Source of the DNA: an uncultured Anaerolineaceae bacterium
Lineage (GTDB): Bacteria; Chloroflexota; Limnocylindria; Limnocylindrales; CSP1-4
Assembly: GCA_964518505.1 (NCBI GenBank)
Contig: CAZFGT010000003.1
Location: forward strand, 26,589-90,588
Length of the DNA: 64,000 nt
Reading direction: 5' to 3'
A program made the translations under genes and the position numbers. The notes beneath the pieces were generated by a model. That model did no database searches. It was not told the origin of the DNA and saw nothing but the letters and a program-made list of their open reading frames with translations. Shown piece after piece: positions 18,735 to 26,300 of this stretch. Each line of letters begins with the position of its first letter. Position 1 is the stretch's first letter.

Positions 18735-19711
18735 GCGAACCGCCGACCGGCACGCCGCGCCAGCGCCTCACGGCACGCCTCGTGGCGGCCGGCTCCGCCC
18801 TCGCCTGCCGGCTGCCGGGCGGCCCCCTTGAGCGCCTGGCCGACGCCCTTGGCGGGGCCCGCTACCTCCTCGCCCGGGCGCCGCAGCGGGACCTCGTGCG
18901 GGCCAACATGCGGCGGGTCTGTGAGGGCCTGGTGGCGGCCGGGCTGGCCACCCCGCGCGTCACGGCGGCCACGAGCGACCCGCGCGTCCTTGACGACCTG
19001 GTCCGCGGCGTCTACCGCCATCACGCCCGATACCTGGTGGAGTTGATGCGCGGGCCGACCATGACGGCCGCCTGGCTGGCGTCCCACCTCGTGATCGAGA
19101 CGCCGGAGACGATCGACGCCGCCTACGCGCGCGTCGCCGCCGGCGGTGCCCTGCTCGCCCTCGGCCTGCATTTCGGGCCCGTCGAGATGCCCGCCATCTA
19201 CAGCGCGGTGCGCAGCGGACGACGCGTCGCCGGCCCCATGGAGATCATCGACAATCCGCCGCTCCAGGCGTGGTTCACGGCCCAGCGGGAACGCCTGGGG
19301 GTGCAGGCCGTCATGCCGCCCGAGACGGCCGGGCCGGAGCTCCGGCGCACCCTCCGCGAGGGCGGCCTGGTGGGCATCGTGGCCGACCGCGACATCGCCG
19401 GCAGCGGCCGGCCGACCCGGCTGTTCGGCGCGCCGGCGCCCCTGTCGGCCGGCCCGGCCCTGCTGGCCCTGGAGAGCGGCGTGCCCACGTACGCCGTGGC
19501 CATCCGGCGGGTGGGGTGGAGTCGCTACGCGGGTCGCATGGTGCCGCTCGACCTGCCCAGCGGCGGCTCGCTGCGCCAGCGCGTCGAGGCCTTCATGGAA
19601 GGCGAGGCGCGCGCCTTCGAACGCCTCGTGGCCGCCGCGCCGGAGCAATGGTGGGCCCTCCTGTTCCCCATCTGGCCCGACCTCGTGCCCTCCACTGCGG
19701 CCGGCGCATGA
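18731..19711 (+). CDS. Lysophospholipid acyltransferase (LpxL/HtrB family), copy 2
   Basis: A paralogous LPLAT (HFGPVE, IVADRDIAGSGRPTRLFG, PAGPALLALESGVPTYAV). Start overlaps the copy 1 stop (ATGA). Confidence 0.7.
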   Translation: MSEPPTGTPRQRLTARLVAAGSALACRLPGGPLERLADALGGARYLLARAPQRDLVRANMRRVCEGLVAAGLATPRVTAATSDPRVLDDLVRGVYRHHARYLVELMRGPTMTAAWLASHLVIETPETIDAAYARVAAGGALLALGLHFGPVEMPAIYSAVRSGRRVAGPMEIIDNPPLQAWFTAQRERLGVQAVMPPETAGPELRRTLREGGLVGIVADRDIAGSGRPTRLFGAPAPLSAGPALLALESGVPTYAVAIRRVGWSRYAGRMVPLDLPSGGSLRQRVEAFMEGEARAFERLVAAAPEQWWALLFPIWPDLVPSTAAGA

Positions 19712-20544
19712 GCGCCGTCGATCCCGCCGACGTGACGCGCCCCGGGCGGGCCGACCTGCACATCCACACCGCGGCCTCGGACGGCACGGCGCCCGTGACC
19801 GACGTCCTCGAGCGCGTGGCGGCGCGGGGCGACCTGGACGTCATCGCCATCGCCGATCACGACCGCCTGGATGCCGCACTCGCGGCGCAGGCCATGGCCC
19901 GCAGCCGGGCGTACCCCTTCCAGGTGGTCGTGGGCGAGGAGGTCAGTACTCGCGGGGGGCACCTGCTCGGGCTATTCCTGACCAGCCGCGTCCGGCCCTG
20001 GCGCTCGATGCGGGCCACGATCGCTGAGGTCCATGCCCAGGGGGGCCTGGCGGTGCCTGCCCATCCGTTCATCCCCTACCCGCTGTGCGTCAGCCGCCGC
20101 ACGCTGCTGCGACTGCTGGCCGACCCCGACCCGAACGTGCATCCGGACGCCCTCGAGGTCTTCAACCCGACCACCATCGGCCGCCGCTGGCACCCCCAGG
20201 TGGTGGCCTTCGCCGCCCAGCACGGACTGCCGGGCATCGGCGACAGCGACGCCCACGAGCTGGACCAGATCGGCCAGGGCTGGACCGGCTTCCCGGGCCG
20301 CACCGCGGATGACCTGCGCCAAGCCATCCTGGCCGGCACGACGACCTGGCACGGCGACTTCTACCCGCGGTTCGCCCAGGTGGGCATGGTCGGCCGCCAG
20401 TACCGCAAGAAGGCCCTGGACCTCTCGGCCGACCTGGGCGGCCGCCTGCTGCGGCGAGGCACTGGCCGCGACCTGGGCTACCCGGGCGGACGCGAGCGGC
20501 CTGCTCGCTACGGAGCGGACACCGAGGAGGCCGGCCGGCCGTGA
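19708..20544 (+). CDS. PHP-domain metal-dependent phosphoesterase
   Basis: DLHIHTAASDG, IAIADHD and His-rich PHP signatures. ATGA overlap with the upstream gene; GTGA overlap with the downstream GT4. Confidence 0.75.
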   Translation: MSAVDPADVTRPGRADLHIHTAASDGTAPVTDVLERVAARGDLDVIAIADHDRLDAALAAQAMARSRAYPFQVVVGEEVSTRGGHLLGLFLTSRVRPWRSMRATIAEVHAQGGLAVPAHPFIPYPLCVSRRTLLRLLADPDPNVHPDALEVFNPTTIGRRWHPQVVAFAAQHGLPGIGDSDAHELDQIGQGWTGFPGRTADDLRQAILAGTTTWHGDFYPRFAQVGMVGRQYRKKALDLSADLGGRLLRRGTGRDLGYPGGRERPARYGADTEEAGRP

Positions 20545-21725
20545 AGATCGGCCTCGTCACGCCCTACGTCTACCCCCTGCCGGGGGGCGTCAACGAGCAC
20601 GTCCGGCACCTCTACGAGAACCTCCTGACGCGCGGCCATGACGTGCGCATCATCTCCAGCACGCACGGCCTGCAGAAGGCCAGCGAGGGCGACGTGATCC
20701 GCCTGGGCCGCGGCTTCAGCGTGCCCACCAACGGCTCCGTCGGCACGCTGACCCTCTCGCCGCGCTACCTGGCCCAGGCACGCGACCTGATCGCCGCGGA
20801 GCGCTTCGATCTGCTGCACTTCCACGAACCGCTGGTGCCGTTCCTGTCCCCCATCCTGCTGCGCGAATCCGATTGCGTGAACGTGGCGACCTTCCACGCC
20901 TATGCCGGCTGGAGCCCGGCCTACCAGGTCATCGGGCGGGCGGTGCGGGGGTCGGTGGCGCGGCTGCACGGCCGGATCGCGGTCAGCGCGGCGGCGCGCC
21001 ACTTCATCGATCACTACTTCCCGGGCGACTACAAGGTCATCCCCAACGGGGTGGACCTGTGGCGCTACGAATCGGCGCGGCCCATCGCCAAGTGGCGCGA
21101 CGGGACGCCCAACATCCTGTTCGTCGGCCGTTTCGAGGCCCGCAAGGGCCTGCCCGTGCTGCTCAAGGCGTACCGCACGCTGCGCCGCTCAGGACGGCCC
21201 TGCCGACTCCTCGTCGTGGGCTCCGGGCCGCTGGAGCGGGAGGTCCGGCGATACGTCCAGACGCGGCGCCTCCAGGGCGTCGAACTCCTGGGTCGCGTCA
21301 GCGATGAGGAGAAGGCCCGCTACTTCGCCACGGCGGACGTCTTCGTCGCCCCGGCCACCGGTCAGGAGTCGTTCGGCATCGTGCTGCTGGAGGCGATGGC
21401 CGCCGGGACGCCGATCGTGGCCAGTGACATCCATGGCTACAAGGGCGTCGTGCGGCGGGACGTGGAGGCGCTCCTCGTCGAGCCACGCGACCCGCACGAG
21501 CTGGCGGTGGCGCTGGCGACGCTCCTGGACGACCCCGCCGGCCGGGAGCGCCTGGCGGATGCCGGCCGACGCCGCGCCGAACAGTTCGGCTGGCCGCGCA
21601 TCACGGCCAAGGTGGACGACTACTACGGCTTCGTCATCCGGCGCCTGGCCGCCCAGGGGCGGCTGCCCTCAGGCTTCCGCGCGGCGATCCCCGAACCGAC
21701 CGACCGGGCCGAACGACCAGCCTAG
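20541..21725 (+). CDS. GT4 glycosyltransferase, PimA-like (phosphatidylinositol alpha-mannosyltransferase candidate)
   Basis: GT-B fold and GT4 motifs (EPLVP, FVGRFEARKG, E-x7-E: FGIVLLEAMAAGTPIVA). It sits beside pgsA-like and acyltransferase genes, as in the mycobacterial pgsA1-patA-pimA cluster. Confidence 0.75.
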   Translation: MKIGLVTPYVYPLPGGVNEHVRHLYENLLTRGHDVRIISSTHGLQKASEGDVIRLGRGFSVPTNGSVGTLTLSPRYLAQARDLIAAERFDLLHFHEPLVPFLSPILLRESDCVNVATFHAYAGWSPAYQVIGRAVRGSVARLHGRIAVSAAARHFIDHYFPGDYKVIPNGVDLWRYESARPIAKWRDGTPNILFVGRFEARKGLPVLLKAYRTLRRSGRPCRLLVVGSGPLEREVRRYVQTRRLQGVELLGRVSDEEKARYFATADVFVAPATGQESFGIVLLEAMAAGTPIVASDIHGYKGVVRRDVEALLVEPRDPHELAVALATLLDDPAGRERLADAGRRRAEQFGWPRITAKVDDYYGFVIRRLAAQGRLPSGFRAAIPEPTDRAERPA

Positions 21726-23221
21726 GGCCAGGGCAGGCCGGCGGCGAGATGGAGGGCGATGTCGGCGGCGTCGGACACGCCACTCGGGCCACCCAGGACG
21801 ACCATGGAGGGTGGTGCCAGCAGGTGCACCTCGTCGAGGACCTCCTGGGGCACGATGTCGCCACTCGGCACCAGCAGCAGCGGTCCGCCCAGCGGCGCGC
21901 CGGCCAGGGCGTCGGGGAAGTTCTCGCCGTTCGCCACGTAGAGGGTGTCGCCGGGGCTGTAGGTGGCCTGCGCGATGGCGACCGCCGTGCCGTACCGATC
22001 GGTGCCGCCCAGCCGCGTCACGCTCGTCGGCGCGCGGCTGGCGGTGTACTGCGCGAGGGCCGTCTGGATCGAGGCGGAGATCGAGGCCGTGCCGCCCAGG
22101 ACGTAGATGTGCGTGGGCACGAGGCGCTTGAGTTCGGTGGCCGTACTGGCGGGGATGCCGCCGCTGACGAGGAGCACGGGCGCCCCGACGTGGGCCGCGG
22201 CGGCCGCGCCGGCCAGCGCGTCGGGGAAGTTGAGGCCGCTGGCGATGTAGACGGCGGCCGGATGCGCCGCGAACGTGGCCCTGGAGACCGCTGCCGCGGT
22301 GGCGTAGCGATCGCTCCCGGCGAGGCGGGTCACGGAACCGCTGGTGTAGCCCTGCAGCAGGCTCATGACCGGCCCGTCAACAGCACTCGTGCTGCCCAGC
22401 AGGACGATCCGGCCCGGTTGGAGCCGGGCCAGCTCCTGGGCGGTGCTCATGGGCAGCAGGCCGTTCTGGACCAGCAGCACCGGTCCGCCGTTCTTGCCGG
22501 CGGCCGAGGCCCCCGAGAGGGCGTCGGGGAAGGCCTGGCCGCTGCCGACGTAGACCACGCTGACGCCGGGCGCGAAGTTGGAGGCGGAGGTCTCCGCCGA
22601 GGTCGCGTAGCGGTCGATCCCGGAGATGCGGTCGGGGTCCACCGGCGGCGGCGGGGGCGGAGGCGGGGGCGGGCCCTTGATGAAGACGCCCGTCCAGTAG
22701 GTCCGACCGCTCGTCGCGTCATACGCGACGCCGATGCCGGCCGCCGTGTACGCCGCCGTGGTGATGATGGCGTAGTGGGGCGGTGAGGCATGCCAGTCGG
22801 TGGCGGCCTCGTCGGCCGACGGGCCCCAGCTGCCGTAGCCCGCGTTCCACTCGATGATCTCGCCCATGGCCGACCACTGGATGCCCGAGTCCTCGATCAT
22901 GGAAAGGGCTGTCCGGCCGTCCGGCTGGGTGTGGGAGAAGTAGTGCAGCGTGGCCATGTTCATGGAGCGCTGCTCGGCGATCGCCTGGAGCCGGGGATCC
23001 ATGATCACCGGGGCCAGGCCGACGGCGCTGCGCTGCCCATTCAGCAGGTCCAGCTCGTGAGCCTCTGCCGCGATCGGCGTCATCGATCCGCTGCTGGCGG
23101 AGGCATGCCGGGCGCCGCCCGCCGGCGCGACCACGCAGGCCAGCGCGAATACGAAGGCGACGGCGGTGCTGAGGGTGGGGCGTCGAGCGATGGTCAAGAT
23201 CCGATCGTGTCCGGGGCACAC
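21722..23221 (-). CDS. Secreted CAP/SCP (PR-1-like) domain protein with a poly-Pro linker and 3x CWB2 (cell-wall-binding repeat 2) modules
   Basis: Signal peptide, then a CAP-domain block (HYFSHTQPDG…EIIEWN…HYAIITT), then PPPPPPPPPPP. Three repeats follow with the R-x-G-x-DRY-x-TA…FPDAL-GA……PVLLV pattern typical of CWB2. Confidence 0.65.
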   Translation of the reverse strand: MCPGHDRILTIARRPTLSTAVAFVFALACVVAPAGGARHASASSGSMTPIAAEAHELDLLNGQRSAVGLAPVIMDPRLQAIAEQRSMNMATLHYFSHTQPDGRTALSMIEDSGIQWSAMGEIIEWNAGYGSWGPSADEAATDWHASPPHYAIITTAAYTAAGIGVAYDATSGRTYWTGVFIKGPPPPPPPPPPVDPDRISGIDRYATSAETSASNFAPGVSVVYVGSGQAFPDALSGASAAGKNGGPVLLVQNGLLPMSTAQELARLQPGRIVLLGSTSAVDGPVMSLLQGYTSGSVTRLAGSDRYATAAAVSRATFAAHPAAVYIASGLNFPDALAGAAAAAHVGAPVLLVSGGIPASTATELKRLVPTHIYVLGGTASISASIQTALAQYTASRAPTSVTRLGGTDRYGTAVAIAQATYSPGDTLYVANGENFPDALAGAPLGGPLLLVPSGDIVPQEVLDEVHLLAPPSMVVLGGPSGVSDAADIALHLAAGLPWP

Positions 23222-23365
23222 GCGTGATGGACGGCGACATGGAGCGCCGTGCTACCCCGCCAGTCTGGGCGCCCTCACCGCCACGACCATAGCGCACGGG
23301 TCCCGCCTGCGGACTCGTCGATGGTACGGGCGGCGTGCTCAGACCCGGTCAGGCGGTGCCCGCTG

Positions 23366-26300
23366 TCAACGCGTTACCGGCTCGTCGGGGTCCGGCCCGG
23401 GGCCACGGAGGAGTTCCAGGCGCTGGGCGCGGCGCGTCCACGCGGCGTACATCACGGCCAGGGCCAGGGCCGCGGTGACCAGCACGAGCGACCCGGACTG
23501 GAGGCCCAGCACCTGCAGCGTCTGCGGCGGGTCGGTGTTGACGGCGAACTGGAAGTCGTACACGTAGGTCGGCAGAGGCAGGACCTGGAAGATGTTCTTG
23601 AGGCCGGTCGGGATGGGCAGGCCGGCGATGTCGGCGTAGAAGATGACGAACCACAGGGCGGCGGCACCCAGGATGCCGATCACGAAGCGATGCGGGTCGC
23701 GCATCGTGAGCACGAACCAGGCGGCGACCGCCAGCGGCACGGTGCCGATGATGGCGAACGCGTAGGGCCCCAGCGCGCCGAGCGGGGCGGAGATCAGGGA
23801 CTGGTCCCCGAACCGCGACTGGGCCAGGGCCAGGGCGGCCAGCAGGGCCGCCGCGGTGAGCACGAGCCACGGCGCGCCTGAGTGGAGCAGGCCGCCCCCG
23901 CCGGGGCGTTGGCGGCCGGCCGTGAAAGCCCGCTCGGCGAGCACCAGGCGCAGCTGCCAGAGCAGGATGGCGCCGCCGACGATGAGGACCACGGCGGAGG
24001 CAGCGACCCGCTCGGTGAGCACGAACGGCATGCTCACGAAGCCGCAGACCTGCGAGTTGGGCGCCACCCGGGAGGTCCCGGCCAGCGCACACAGCGGCAC
24101 GCGGGCCAGCCACAGGAGCGGCGCCGCCACCAGGGCACCCGCGGCGGCCAGGCGGGCCAGCAGCCAGGTGCGCGGCGAGGGACCGTGCCATAGCTCGGCC
24201 AGCCAGTAGGCCACGGCGGCGAAGAGGAACGGCAGCGCCGTGTAGTAGTGGTACTGGAAGCTCGCCCGGTCGATGCGTGACCAGGAGAGCCACTGGCAGA
24301 CGAAGCCGATGACCAGGATCGTCAGGGCCAGGCTCCGCCGCGCCCAGGCCTGCCAGGCGGCCCAGGCCATGACCGGCACGCCGAGCCAGAAGATCACCAG
24401 GTTGCCGGCGTCGTACGTGATGCCGGTCGTGTCGTTGGCGTAACCCTGCTGGAAGAACCACACCGGCTTGAAGTCGAAGGGCCAGGCCCACCACGGCGAC
24501 GACGCAGGATGGGAGGCGCGCAGGTCGTTGTGGTAGTTGTACATCTGGATCTGGAGGTCCAGCAGCGTCTGGCCCGTGTGGCCGGCCGGGTAACCGGTGA
24601 ACCACTGGTTGCCCAGGGCGATCCACGGCGCGTAGCTGATGACGTAGACGACGAGCGGGACGAGCGTGAAGCAGGCCAGGGCGAGCAGCCATGGCGCGCC
24701 CAGGAACGCGCCGGGGATGAGCCATCCCTGGTCGGGGGCCTCGGCGGGCGGGGGGTCGGCGGGTCCGGCACGCACGCGGGCCAGGGGGCCCAGGCCGCTC
24801 CGGCCGGCCAGCGAGAAGGCGACCAGGACCGCGGCCGCGAGGACGAGGAAGGCGGCCCCCACCAGGACGAGGTTGCCGGGCGTGGCCGAGGCACCGGTCG
24901 CCGGCGCCCGCCCGCCGAGCACGATGCCCGCCAGGAGCGCCAGCCCGCCGGCCGCGGCCGGGGCACCGACCGCGAAGCGCACCTCGTCGAGCGTCCAGCG
25001 GATGGGGCGCACGACGATGGCCGCCGCCAGGACCCCGGTGAGGATGACCATCAGGACGAGGAAGCTCGCATCGCCGATCGGCGCGCCGGCGGAGGTGGCG
25101 CCGATGGCCAGCCAGCCCAGCACGCCCGTCAGGCCCACCATGGCCGCGAGGGCCAGGAGGCGGCCCAGCGCTGAGCGCAGCAGCACGAGCAGGACGATGC
25201 CGCCGATGGCGTAGGCGCCGACCCACTTGGAGGCGAGGGCCAGGCCCAGCAGGACGCCGATGGCCGGGATGGCCAGGGCCACCACCCAGCGGCGACGCCA
25301 CAGCCCCATGTAGATCGGCACGAAGAGCATGTAGGCGGCCACGATGAAGAGGGCCACGTACGTGTCGTTCATGGCGATCCGCGACTGGGCGAAGAACATG
25401 CCGTCGACCAGCACCAGGCCCGCGGTGAGGAGGGCCACGGAGCGCCGGCGGAAGAGCATGCGCACGAGGAGGTAGAGGCAGCCCAGCAGGAGGGCGCCGG
25501 CGATGACGCCCATGATCCGCCAGGCGTAGGCGTGGTTGCCGATGTCCACCACGGCCAGCTGGCCGGCTGAGTCCACGGCCAGGAGCTGCTGGCGATCCTG
25601 GGCCGGGCGCTGGGGCTGCGTGTCCAGGGTCATGGCGATGGTCGAGAACGGCAGGCGGGCGTCGGCGAAGACGGCGTTGCCGTGCGGCTCCACGACGTAC
25701 ACCGTGTCGCTGCTGCCGTCGGCCGTGCGGCCCAGGACGTGGATGATGTTGGACGACTCGTCCCACGCCACCGCCCGGACCGGGCCGGGCATCTTGAGGG
25801 TGCCGCCCAGCGTGGTCCCGCCCGAGGCCGGCACCGCCACCCAGCTGAGCGACGACTCGCCGGCGGCGTAGATCGTGGGCTGGTCGAGCCCGTTCATCAG
25901 CACCAGCCCGGTGGCTGCCTCGGGCAGCGTCAGCTGGCTCGTCGAGACCAGCGTCGCCGCGTCCCGCAGGTCCAGCGTGTCGCCCTCGGCGACCGCCACC
26001 GCGCCGGCCCCGGAGTCCGTGGGCACGGCGACCAGGGCGGCCGCCGACGGATCGGCCACCGAGGCGGACTGGCTGCCGTCGGCCGTGGCCAGGCTGACCA
26101 GCTGGTGGGCCGTCGTGATGGCCTCGACGTGGGCGCCGTCGGACGACACGATGACGGTCGCGACCGGGCCGCCGAACGTGCCGAGGCGCGTCGCCACGGG
26201 CGCCGCCGCGGAGGTGGCGAGGCGCATGGCGTCGAGGTCGGCCGTCTGGATGGTCCATAGCCCGCCCGCGTCGTCGGCCACGTACAGCACGTGGTTGCCC

